Assembly (NCBI GenBank): GCA_949288485.1
Contig: CASEKC010000001.1
Span: forward strand, 7,070 to 71,069
From: an uncultured bacterium
Lineage (GTDB): Bacteria; Bacillota_I; Bacilli_A; RFN20; CAG-826
Direction of reading: 5' to 3'
Length of the DNA: 64,000 bases
Of the stretch, positions 39,721-49,037 are shown piece after piece. A program made the translations under genes and the position numbers. How positions within the stretch are numbered: the stretch's first letter is position 1; every line of letters begins with the position of its first letter. The notes under the pieces are model-generated. The model saw nothing but the letters and a program-made list of their open reading frames with translations, did no database searches and was not told where the DNA came from.

Positions 39721-41857
39721 TAACTTTTTTGGAGCTAACTTAATTGATTCTAACACTTGTAAAGTTGCTCTTTTCTCTTCAGTCCAAAAAGCTGATTCTA
39801 CTCCAATTAATTTAATTATTAATGATGAAACTGTTGTTCGTTTAGATATTAAAAAACAAGTATTTTTAAGTGGAATTGCTATGTATACTTGTTATTTTAA
39901 AGATGGATTTAAACTCGGGAATTCTTATAAAATCTCTATAGAAAACTATGGAATTGCTAATTTAAATGTTTCTGAAATTGTTAATACTCCATCATTTGAT
40001 GATGAATATTTTTATCCAAATGATGATCTTGGAGTTACATATACAAAAGAAAATACTACTTTTAAATTATGGGCACCTTTAGCTAGTAAAGTAGAAGTTT
40101 TAATTCGTAGAAATTTTGATGAAGAATATACTGGTCACTATTTAAAAAGAGGAGAAAAAGGTGTTTATTCAATTACTTTAAATGGTGATTATGAAAATTA
40201 TCACTATGTTTATGTGGTTACTAATAATGAAATTCCAACTTTAACTACTGATCCATATGGAAAAGCTAGTGTCGCTAATGGAAAAGAAAATGTTGTTATC
40301 GATCTTAATAAAACTAAAATTGATATGCACGAATCTAACTTACCTGTTTACAAATCCTATTTAGATACAATTATTTATGAACTTGATGTTAGAGATTTTA
40401 CTATTGATGAAAATACCGATATCGAACATAAAGGTAAATATTTAGGTTTAACCGAAGAAAATCGTAAAACTAAAGGTGGACATGAAGCAGGACTTGATTA
40501 TCTTGCATCTTTAGGTATTACACACGTTCAAATTTTACCAATTTATGATTTTAAAACTATCGATGAAAATCATCCTTTAGATTCATATAACTGGGGATAT
40601 GATCCTCAACAATATTTTGTACCTGAAGGAAGTTATTCAACTGATCCAAATAATGGATATTCTAGAGTAATTGAATGCAAAAAAATGATTGCAGCACTTC
40701 ATAAAAAAGGACTAAAGGTAAACATGGATGTTGTCTATAACCATGTTTTTGAAGGTCTTTTCAGTTCTTTTGAACATGTAGTGCCTGGCTATTTCTTTAG
40801 AAAGAGAAAAGATGGCACTTTATGTAATGGAACAGGATGTGGAAACGATGTAGATAGTGAAAGATTAATGGTAAGAAAATTAATCGTTGATTGCTGCAAA
40901 TTCTGGTGTGAAGAATATTCAATTGATGGCTTAAGATTCGATTTAATGGGTATTTTAGATGTAAATACAATAAATCGAGTTGTAAAAGTTTGCCGTGCTA
41001 TTAAGCCTGATTTTATGGTTTATGGTGAAGGTTGGGATATGAATACTGAATTAAAGAGTGAAAAGAAAGCTTCAATTTTAAATTCATTTAAAATGGAAGA
41101 TGTTGCATTCTTTAACGATACATATAGAGATACATTAAAAGGTCCTAATGGAACTGATAAATTATTAAATGGTGGATATTTAACTGGTAATCAATCTTAT
41201 GTTGAAGGATTTAAATTCGCTTTCTTATCATCATCATTAAATTATGTTTATCCAGCAAGATTTAAATTTGCTAGCCAATCATTAAATTATGTTGAATGTC
41301 ATGATAATTTCACTATTTTTGATAAAGTTTCATCAATTTATGGTAAAAATAATGAAGAAAAAGTTTTAGATATTATTAAACAAATTAATGGAACTATTCT
41401 TTTGTCAATCGGTATCCCATTTTTCCATGCGGGACAAGAAGTTGGTTTAACAAAATATTATGAAGATAACACATATAATAAAGGTGATCACTATAATAAA
41501 TTTAGATGGGATGTTTTGGATAAACGCTATGAAATGGTTACTTATTTAAAATCAATGATAGATTTTAAAAAGAATATTTATAAAGTTAGTGAAGAAAAAC
41601 CTGAAAATATTGCCAAAATGATTAATTTTGCACATTTAGAACAAGATTTATTAGAAATTTTTGTTAAAGCGTTAGATGGAAAAGAATATATTATTATCCT
41701 AAATCCAACTGATAATCGCGGAACATTTGTTTTTGATGATTATTATAAATTAATTTGTGGACAAGCAGGTTATTTAAAAGGACCAGATTTATATATTAAA
41801 AACTCCACTATTGAACCTCATTGTGTTTCAGTATTTTTAAAGAAAGAGGCTGAATAA
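39713..41857 (+). CDS. type I pullulanase-like GH13 glycoside hydrolase
   Basis: GH13 regions DVVYNHV, GLRFDLMG, YGEGWD, ECHDN. Confidence 0.8.
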   Translation: MIDNFFGANLIDSNTCKVALFSSVQKADSTPINLIINDETVVRLDIKKQVFLSGIAMYTCYFKDGFKLGNSYKISIENYGIANLNVSEIVNTPSFDDEYFYPNDDLGVTYTKENTTFKLWAPLASKVEVLIRRNFDEEYTGHYLKRGEKGVYSITLNGDYENYHYVYVVTNNEIPTLTTDPYGKASVANGKENVVIDLNKTKIDMHESNLPVYKSYLDTIIYELDVRDFTIDENTDIEHKGKYLGLTEENRKTKGGHEAGLDYLASLGITHVQILPIYDFKTIDENHPLDSYNWGYDPQQYFVPEGSYSTDPNNGYSRVIECKKMIAALHKKGLKVNMDVVYNHVFEGLFSSFEHVVPGYFFRKRKDGTLCNGTGCGNDVDSERLMVRKLIVDCCKFWCEEYSIDGLRFDLMGILDVNTINRVVKVCRAIKPDFMVYGEGWDMNTELKSEKKASILNSFKMEDVAFFNDTYRDTLKGPNGTDKLLNGGYLTGNQSYVEGFKFAFLSSSLNYVYPARFKFASQSLNYVECHDNFTIFDKVSSIYGKNNEEKVLDIIKQINGTILLSIGIPFFHAGQEVGLTKYYEDNTYNKGDHYNKFRWDVLDKRYEMVTYLKSMIDFKKNIYKVSEEKPENIAKMINFAHLEQDLLEIFVKALDGKEYIIILNPTDNRGTFVFDDYYKLICGQAGYLKGPDLYIKNSTIEPHCVSVFLKKEAE

Positions 41858-41860
41858 AAA

Positions 41861-42613
41861 ATGTTTAAATATTTTAAGGTTATTTGCAAAGTTATCTTTC
41901 CTTTAATATGGTCATATTTTACATGTCTTTTGCCTTATTCTTTTCATCCTGAAAAAAGAAGTTTGGAATTAAGATTTCGTAAAGTTCAACATATTATTAG
42001 AAAAGTATTAAAAGCTTTTAATATAAATTATCATGCTTATGATTTAGAAGAATTTTATAAAAATAGAAATAATGATGAAAATTATCTCTTTGTTTGTAAT
42101 CATATTTCTGATTTAGATCCATTAATTTTTATTGCTCTTTCACCAAGACCAATTACTTTTGTTGCAAAAATTGAATCAAAAAAATTCCCTCTTGTTGGTC
42201 GTGCAGTTAAAATTTTAAGTGGTGAATTTATGGACCGTGACGATTTAAAACAAAGCTTAAAAGTTATGATGAATGTTCAAAAAAGATTAGAAAGTGATGA
42301 AAAAATCGATTTTATGATTTTTCCTGAAGGAACTAGAAATAAAGGAGATGTATTTAAAATTCTTCCTTATCACCATGGAACTTTTAGACCAGCATTTAAA
42401 GCTAATAAAAATATCATCTCTTTTGCAATTACCGGAGATAATAAAGTTTTAACTTTAAAAGATAAGAGTAAAAAATATGATGTTTTTATAAGAAAATGTG
42501 CACTTTATACACCAGAAGATTATAAAAATATGAAGACAACTGAGTTAGCAATGGATTGCGAAAATAAAACAAATAAGGTGCTGGCTGAGATGAAAAATGA
42601 ATTAATGTCTTAA
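41861..42613 (+). CDS. plsC: 1-acyl-sn-glycerol-3-phosphate acyltransferase
   Basis: NHISDLD (HX4D) and FPEGTR acyltransferase motifs. Confidence 0.7.
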   Translation: MFKYFKVICKVIFPLIWSYFTCLLPYSFHPEKRSLELRFRKVQHIIRKVLKAFNINYHAYDLEEFYKNRNNDENYLFVCNHISDLDPLIFIALSPRPITFVAKIESKKFPLVGRAVKILSGEFMDRDDLKQSLKVMMNVQKRLESDEKIDFMIFPEGTRNKGDVFKILPYHHGTFRPAFKANKNIISFAITGDNKVLTLKDKSKKYDVFIRKCALYTPEDYKNMKTTELAMDCENKTNKVLAEMKNELMS

Positions 42614-43906
42614 TCCTTTAGGATAAAGATTTTTTAAAACGCCTTTTACATATTTAACATAACCTAAATTTAAGTTATTAAAAGAAACTGTATAAAAACC
42701 ATCTTTTAAATCTAACTTTTTAGTCAAACTTTCTCCCCTTAGATATTTTTTCATTTCTTCTTCATTTAATATAATTGAAGAAGTTGATGGTAAATAATGT
42801 GCTAAATTAAATGATGGAATATAATAATCTTTCTTTATTTCGCAAAGATCAATTCCATATCTAATTAATGGGATTTTTTCATTTATAAGTTCAAAATTTG
42901 AACCATATAAATGATTTTTTATTTCTTTATAATATTTAAAATTAACATTTAGGGAATCAATAATAGTTTTATATTTTTTTGAAAAATTATCATTTGAAGA
43001 AGCTTTTAATCTTCTTTTTGCAAGTGTTCCATTCTTTTTTATTTTTGCGATAAATTGACCCTCACCTTTATAAAACATTGGAAAAAGGTGAATTGCTTCT
43101 TTTAATTCTTTACTTCTATATTCTCCTTCAACAAATGGTAAATTGATTAAAGAGATATCATCACGATATTTTAAAATTTTAAGAATATTATTTTCGTTTT
43201 CTTCAAAAGAAAAAGAACAAGTTGAATAAATTAGTTCACCACCATCTTTAAGTAAATCTATTGCTCTATTTAATAAATTGAACTGAACAGAACTTAATGA
43301 AAGAACTTTTTCATAAGACCAATCATCTCTCATTTCTTCCATTTTCCTAAACATTGCACTTCCAGAACATGGAGCATCTAAAATAATTTTATCAAATGTA
43401 TTGTTTAAAATTGCTGGATCTTCCAAAAAATCAAAATTTATTACGGTTATATTATCTAAACCTAACTTTTCTATATTACTTGATAATGTTAAAGTTCTTG
43501 AATGGGAGATATCATTTGAAATTAAGTTAACATTCTTATTTTTTAAAGATAAATATATACTTTTCCCACCAGGAGCTGCGCACATATCTAAAATTAAGTC
43601 ATTATCTTGAGGGTTTAATAATTCGCTTACTAACATACTTGAAGCATCCATTATATAGAAAGTCCCGTTATCAAAAAGATAGCTTTTACCGAATTGATAA
43701 ACATTTTTATCAAAATAATAAACATTTTTTAGAAATGGATGTTTTTCGATATTTGGGAATTGATTTATAAAAGAATTATTGGAAATTTTATTTGTATTTA
43801 AAATTAAAGAAGAAGTTCTTTCTTTTTCTAATTCTTTAATAAGATTATTAATTATTTCTTTAGATAAATATTTTTCTAAATGTTCGATAAAATTCATATT
43901 TAACAT
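42602..43906 (-). CDS. RsmB/RsmF-family (NOL1/NOP2/Sun) rRNA m5C methyltransferase
   Basis: DMCAAPGGKS SAM motif, catalytic Cys regions (DAPCSG, TCS). Confidence 0.7.
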   Translation of the reverse strand: MLNMNFIEHLEKYLSKEIINNLIKELEKERTSSLILNTNKISNNSFINQFPNIEKHPFLKNVYYFDKNVYQFGKSYLFDNGTFYIMDASSMLVSELLNPQDNDLILDMCAAPGGKSIYLSLKNKNVNLISNDISHSRTLTLSSNIEKLGLDNITVINFDFLEDPAILNNTFDKIILDAPCSGSAMFRKMEEMRDDWSYEKVLSLSSVQFNLLNRAIDLLKDGGELIYSTCSFSFEENENNILKILKYRDDISLINLPFVEGEYRSKELKEAIHLFPMFYKGEGQFIAKIKKNGTLAKRRLKASSNDNFSKKYKTIIDSLNVNFKYYKEIKNHLYGSNFELINEKIPLIRYGIDLCEIKKDYYIPSFNLAHYLPSTSSIILNEEEMKKYLRGESLTKKLDLKDGFYTVSFNNLNLGYVKYVKGVLKNLYPKGLRH

Positions 43907-43968
43907 TATACAAAAATTGATACAAAACTGATATTTTTTTATCTATAATAATGGGTAGAGGAACGCTT

Positions 43969-45270
43969 ATGAATATTGAAGAAATTATTGAGAAAAAAAG
44001 AGACGGTTTTGAGTTAAATCGTGATGAAATTCATTTTTTTGTGAAGGGTTATGTAGATAATAAAATTCCTGATTATCAAGCAAGCGCTTTATTAATGGCT
44101 ATTTATATTCGTGGAATGAACAAAAAAGAAATTGGTATTTTAACAGATGAAATGCGAGTTTCTGGTGAAGTATGGGATTTAAGTAGTATTCCTGGATTAA
44201 AACTCGATAAACATTCAACAGGTGGAGTAGGTGATAAAGTTTCTTTAGTTTTAGGTCCTATGGTTGCTTCTTGTGGAGGTAAATTAGCTAAAATGAGTGG
44301 TAGAGGCTTAGGACATACCGGTGGTACATTAGACAAATTAGAATCAATTCCAAATTTTGATATTTATGAGAATTATGAAGAATTTAAAGAACAAATCGAT
44401 AAAATTGGAATGGCTATAATTGGTCAAGATTCAAAAATTGATCCTGCAGATAAAAAACTTTATGCTTTAAGAGATGTTACTGGCACTGTTTCTTCTATTC
44501 CTTTAATCGCAAGTTCTATTATGTCGAAAAAATTGGCTAGTGGAGCTGATTGTATTCTTTTAGATGTCAAATATGGAAGCGGAGCTTTCATGAAGACAAT
44601 TGAAGATGCTAAGAAATTAGCTCAAACAATGGTTGATATTGGTAAAGAATTAAATAAAGACGTTCGTGCAGAAATTACTGATATGGATCAACCTCTTGGC
44701 TTTGCAGTAGGTAATAATTTAGAAGTAAAAGAAGTTATTAATACTTTAAAAGGAAATGGCCCTAAAGATTTAATTGAATTATGTTTATCAAGTGGTTCAA
44801 TAATGCTCCAACAAGGTAAAATCTTTGATAATGAAGAAGATGCTAGAAAAGCTTTAATAGAAAACATCAATAACGGAAAGGCTTTTGAAAAATTTAAAGA
44901 ATTTGTTAAAACTCAAAAAGGTGATGTTTCATATATAGAACACCCAGAAAAATTCCCTGTTGCAAAAAATATTATAGAAGTTTATTCGAATAAGAGTGGT
45001 TTTGTAAATAAAATTAATGCTTTAGCAATTGGCAAAGGATCAATGGAATTAGGTGGTGGTAGAGAAAAACTTGATGATATCATTGATATGTCTGCCGGAA
45101 TTGTTTTAAATAAGAAAATTGGCGATGAAGTAAAGGAAGGAGAACTTTTAGCTACTTTATATACCAATAAAGAAAATTATGAAAAAGTAAAAGAAGACGT
45201 TTTAAACGCCTTCTTGATTGATAATGTTTTTGATGAATCAAATATCTCTAAGAAAATATTAATTGATTAG
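43969..45270 (+). CDS. pdp: pyrimidine-nucleoside phosphorylase (start moved to the ATG preceded by an AGAGGA RBS)
   Basis: IIEKKRDG N-terminus, DKHSTGGVGD, glycosyltransferase-3 family fold. Confidence 0.85.
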   Translation: MNIEEIIEKKRDGFELNRDEIHFFVKGYVDNKIPDYQASALLMAIYIRGMNKKEIGILTDEMRVSGEVWDLSSIPGLKLDKHSTGGVGDKVSLVLGPMVASCGGKLAKMSGRGLGHTGGTLDKLESIPNFDIYENYEEFKEQIDKIGMAIIGQDSKIDPADKKLYALRDVTGTVSSIPLIASSIMSKKLASGADCILLDVKYGSGAFMKTIEDAKKLAQTMVDIGKELNKDVRAEITDMDQPLGFAVGNNLEVKEVINTLKGNGPKDLIELCLSSGSIMLQQGKIFDNEEDARKALIENINNGKAFEKFKEFVKTQKGDVSYIEHPEKFPVAKNIIEVYSNKSGFVNKINALAIGKGSMELGGGREKLDDIIDMSAGIVLNKKIGDEVKEGELLATLYTNKENYEKVKEDVLNAFLIDNVFDESNISKKILID

Positions 45271-45288
45271 TAATTAATTAGTATTTAA

Positions 45289-46569
45289 TTAGTCCTTTTT
45301 TGAATATTTCTCTTTTAACATTCTCATGTTAGAACTACGGACAATTTTTTCTAATTTTGTATAATTTTCATTAAGTGCTTTTTCATAAGATGAAGAAGCA
45401 TTTTTATTTGGCTTATAAAATTTCGCAGCTTTTAAAATTTCTGGTAAATATTGCAAGTGAATCCATAATTCAGGCATATCATAAGGATATTTATCTATTT
45501 CTTGAACATTTACAGGTGTATATTTCAAATAATCAAGTACTGGTAATGGCTTACTTTGTGCCGTATCCATTGCTTCATAGATTGCAGCACATGCTGTTTT
45601 TGATTTTGGAGATAAACATAAATCGACAATTGCTACAGATAATGGAATTATAGCTTCTGGCAAACCAACATATTCAGCACTATCTATTGCAATTTTAGTT
45701 CTCATACAAGCCTGAGGATTAGCAATTCCAATATCTTCATATGCCGTAACTAATAATCTTCTCGTTAAACTTTGTAAATCGTTAGCTATGCATAATCTTG
45801 CAGCATAATAAAGAGCGGCATTTACATCGCTTCCTCTAATTGATTTTTGCATCGCAGAAACACTATCGTAATGCATATCTTCATCTTTATCAGTTAAAAG
45901 ATTTGATACTTTTAATATCTTTTTTACCATTTCTAAAGAAATATGCATATTTTTATATGATATTGATAATATTTCTAAATAATTTAATGCAAAACGAAAA
46001 TCTCCGCCTGAAGATGTTGAAATATATTTTAAAGCATCATCATCAATGCTTAATTTATTATCGTAGCCATTTTTATTATTAATCGCTTTTTTTAACCCCT
46101 CAAAAATATCATTTTCATTTAAAGGTTTTACTTCTAAAAGATGAACTCTACTACGAATAGCACGATTTATTGAAATATATGGATTTGCGGTTGTAGCTCC
46201 AATTAAATATATAGTTCCGTCTTCAACAAAAGGTAATAAAATATCTTGCTTATCTTTGTTTATTCGATGAATTTCATCGATTATTATAATAGTAGGATCA
46301 TAAAATTTAGCTTCATTTATAGCTTCTTCAATTTCTTTTTTATTTGAAGTAACAGCATTTAATTTAATTAAATGAGCATTTAAAGAATGGGCATAAGCTT
46401 CAGCAATGGTTGTTTTTCCAGTACCTGGAGGTCCATAAAGAATAAAAGAAATAGGAGTTTTTGCATTAATAGAATTTCTTAAAAATCCGTTTTCACCAAC
46501 CAAATCTTTTTGCCCTATAATATCATCTATGTTATTAGGTCTTATTCTAAAAGCTAAAGGCTTATTCAT
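45289..46569 (-). CDS. rarA: replication-associated recombination protein A (MgsA)
   Basis: AAA+ Walker A GPPGTGKTT, IIIDEIHR, MgsA C-terminal domain. Confidence 0.85.
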   Translation of the reverse strand: MNKPLAFRIRPNNIDDIIGQKDLVGENGFLRNSINAKTPISFILYGPPGTGKTTIAEAYAHSLNAHLIKLNAVTSNKKEIEEAINEAKFYDPTIIIIDEIHRINKDKQDILLPFVEDGTIYLIGATTANPYISINRAIRSRVHLLEVKPLNENDIFEGLKKAINNKNGYDNKLSIDDDALKYISTSSGGDFRFALNYLEILSISYKNMHISLEMVKKILKVSNLLTDKDEDMHYDSVSAMQKSIRGSDVNAALYYAARLCIANDLQSLTRRLLVTAYEDIGIANPQACMRTKIAIDSAEYVGLPEAIIPLSVAIVDLCLSPKSKTACAAIYEAMDTAQSKPLPVLDYLKYTPVNVQEIDKYPYDMPELWIHLQYLPEILKAAKFYKPNKNASSSYEKALNENYTKLEKIVRSSNMRMLKEKYSKKD

Positions 46570-46621
46570 ACATATAAATTATATAGGAATTTAACAAAAA
46601 ATGTATTAATATTAATGAGCA

Positions 46622-47071
46622 ATGAAAGTACTTATTCAACGTGTTTTAAATGCCAATGTAAAGATTGATGGCAAACTTATAAATGAAATATCTAAAGGTT
46701 ATCTACTTTTAGTTTCTTTTACGGAAGGAGATAATGAAGAAATCGTAAATCGTATAGCTCAAAAGATATGCAATTTACGTATTTTTGAAGATGAAAATAG
46801 TAAAACAAATTTATCCTTAAAAGATGTAAATGGTGAAATTTTATCTATTTCTCAATTTACTTTATATGCTGATATTAGAAAAGGTAATAGACCTTCCTTT
46901 ATTAATTCTTTAAAACCTGATCAAGCAAATATCTTATATCAAAAATTTAATCAAAAAATCAGAGAAATCGGTTTTATAGTTAAAGAAGGAGTTTTTGGTG
47001 CAGACATGAAAATAAATTTAATAAATGATGGACCTTTTACAATTATGGTCGATTCTAAGGAGATTCTTTAA
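46622..47071 (+). CDS. dtd: D-aminoacyl-tRNA deacylase
   Basis: MKVLIQRV N-terminus, SQFTLYAD, C-terminal NDGPFT motif. Confidence 0.85.
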   Translation: MKVLIQRVLNANVKIDGKLINEISKGYLLLVSFTEGDNEEIVNRIAQKICNLRIFEDENSKTNLSLKDVNGEILSISQFTLYADIRKGNRPSFINSLKPDQANILYQKFNQKIREIGFIVKEGVFGADMKINLINDGPFTIMVDSKEIL

Positions 47072-47073
47072 TT

Positions 47074-48204
47074 ATGAAAGTAATGTTAGGTCTTAGCGGT
47101 GGAGTTGATAGTGCAGTAGCCGCTTATTTATTAAAAAAACAAGGTTATGATGTTGTTTGCTGTTTTATGAGAAATTGGGATTCTTTAGCAAATAACGACT
47201 ATTTAGGCAATCCAACCGTCGATAATAACATTTGTCCACAAGAACAAGATTTTTTAGATGCAAAAGATGTTGCAGATAGATTAGGTCTACCTCTTTTAAG
47301 AATTGATTATATAAAAGAATATTGGGATTATGTTTTTTCTTATTTTATTGAAGAATATAAAAAAGGAAGAACTCCAAATCCAGATATTTTTTGCAATAAA
47401 TATATAAAATTTGGACCATTTATTGATTTTGCAAAGAAAAATGGTTGCGATATGATTGCAATGGGACATTATGCAAAAAGAGTTGATAAAGATGGAAAAA
47501 CTTATTTATATAAAGCATTTGATAAAAGCAAAGATCAATCATATTTTTTAAGTCAAATTAATAGTGAACAATTAAAATTTTCTTTATTTCCATTAGGCGA
47601 TATAACAAAAAAAGAAGTTAGAAAAATAGCTGAAGAACAAAACTTAGTTTCGGTAGAACATAAAAAAGATTCAACAGGAATTTGTTTTATTGGCGAAAGA
47701 AATTTCAAAGAATTTTTGAAAAATTATATTCCTGCTCAAAAAGGAAAAATTATTGAAATTAATAGCGGAAAAATATTAGGAGAACATGAAGGTGTTTATT
47801 ATTACACTTTAGGACAAAGAAAAGGACTCGGAATCGGTGGAGTAAAAGGGCTTAATTCTCATGGTTTTTTCGTTTGTAAAAAAGATGTAAAAAATAACAT
47901 TTTATATGTAGCTAAAGATAAAGAAGATGAACATTTATTTACTGATGAAGCTATCATTACTTCAATGAATTATTTTAATGAAAAAATTAAGGATGGCGAA
48001 CATTTAATGGTTAAATTTCGTTATCGTCAAGATGATCATGGAGTTACATGCTATAATTTAGAAAATGGTGATGTTAAACTTGTCTATGATGAACCATACA
48101 AAGCAGTTACGCCAGGTCAAGCATGTGTTTTTTATCGTGGTGAAGAGTGCATAGGTGGCGGTTTAATTGATCATATTTTTTATAAAGGAAAGGCGAAAGA
48201 TTAA
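47074..48204 (+). CDS. mnmA: tRNA-specific 2-thiouridylase
   Basis: PP-loop SGGVDS, catalytic Cys regions, C-terminal barrel. Confidence 0.85.
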   Translation: MKVMLGLSGGVDSAVAAYLLKKQGYDVVCCFMRNWDSLANNDYLGNPTVDNNICPQEQDFLDAKDVADRLGLPLLRIDYIKEYWDYVFSYFIEEYKKGRTPNPDIFCNKYIKFGPFIDFAKKNGCDMIAMGHYAKRVDKDGKTYLYKAFDKSKDQSYFLSQINSEQLKFSLFPLGDITKKEVRKIAEEQNLVSVEHKKDSTGICFIGERNFKEFLKNYIPAQKGKIIEINSGKILGEHEGVYYYTLGQRKGLGIGGVKGLNSHGFFVCKKDVKNNILYVAKDKEDEHLFTDEAIITSMNYFNEKIKDGEHLMVKFRYRQDDHGVTCYNLENGDVKLVYDEPYKAVTPGQACVFYRGEECIGGGLIDHIFYKGKAKD

Positions 48205-48207
48205 TCC

Positions 48208-48774
48208 ATGAAAAGCGTATTTTTTAGAATTGTAACAATCGTTGGCACATTAATTGCTTTTTCCGTTTCATTGGTTTTATTATTCACTTTAGATTTCGAA
48301 GCTCATCATGTAGCTGAAAATGGTGAATCTATAATAAGTTTAATAAGTGGAAAAACGGCTATTTTTGGTGGCAATTCCGTTATTTTAAGAGGTAATTATA
48401 TTGGGAATGAATTAATTTTAAATACATCAACATTTATAATGGCAACTTTTGCCTTTGATTATTTAACTGTCGTTGGACTGGTTGTAAATATTCTTTCGTT
48501 AATTTTTATGATTTTTTATTTTAATAGGAAAGTCATTTTATTAATTTCCACTTTAATTAATTCATTGTCTTTAATATTTTTAGGTTTCCAACCTCAATTT
48601 TTCTTGTTAGTTAATAGCGGTAAGAGGTTTTATGATCTCGTGTATTCAGCACAAAATAGTAATTCAATTATATCAATCGGGATTATAGTTTTTATAATCA
48701 TTAATGCTGTTATAGATATTTTTTATTTAATAAGAGTAATTGCCTTATTTAGAAATAAAGTTATTGTTGAATAA
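48208..48774 (+). CDS. hypothetical integral membrane protein
   Basis: 188 aa, five or more hydrophobic helices, no recognisable domain. Confidence 0.5.
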   Translation: MKSVFFRIVTIVGTLIAFSVSLVLLFTLDFEAHHVAENGESIISLISGKTAIFGGNSVILRGNYIGNELILNTSTFIMATFAFDYLTVVGLVVNILSLIFMIFYFNRKVILLISTLINSLSLIFLGFQPQFFLLVNSGKRFYDLVYSAQNSNSIISIGIIVFIIINAVIDIFYLIRVIALFRNKVIVE

Positions 48775-48819
48775 TAATCGATATTTTTCTATAATTTTTA
48801 ATCGAGGAAAAGAAAGATA

Positions 48820-49022
48820 TTTTTTTAATTTTTAGAGAGAAGTTGATTGGTGAAAAACTTTATTGAAAATTATCTTAGCCACTTCCCAAAAAAAGGTTAA
48901 AAGCCTCGTTTTGTAAACGTAAAATTACTATTTAATTAAGTGCAAAATTTTATTTTGAAATAGGATGGTACCGCGATAAATTCGTTCCTAAATAGTTTTA
49001 ATATTTAGGATTTTTTTATTTT
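48820..49022 (+). promoter_or_regulatory. T-box riboswitch leader upstream of alaS
   Basis: Stem-I AGAGA / GGTGA elements (48835-48853), candidate Ala specifier GCC in cttaGCCactt. T-box sequence aaatagGATGGTACCGCG (48957-48975), terminator cctaaata-gttttaa-tatttagg + T-run (48986-49022). Confidence 0.6.
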
Positions 49023-49037
49023 TAGGAGAGTATTAGT

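Noticed and set aside
48876-48890. cttagccac in the alaS T-box leader matches the arm of the palindromic repeat family
   Set aside because: Only an 8-mer match, without the partner arm or the T/A-rich tail; most likely coincidence within stem I of the T-box.
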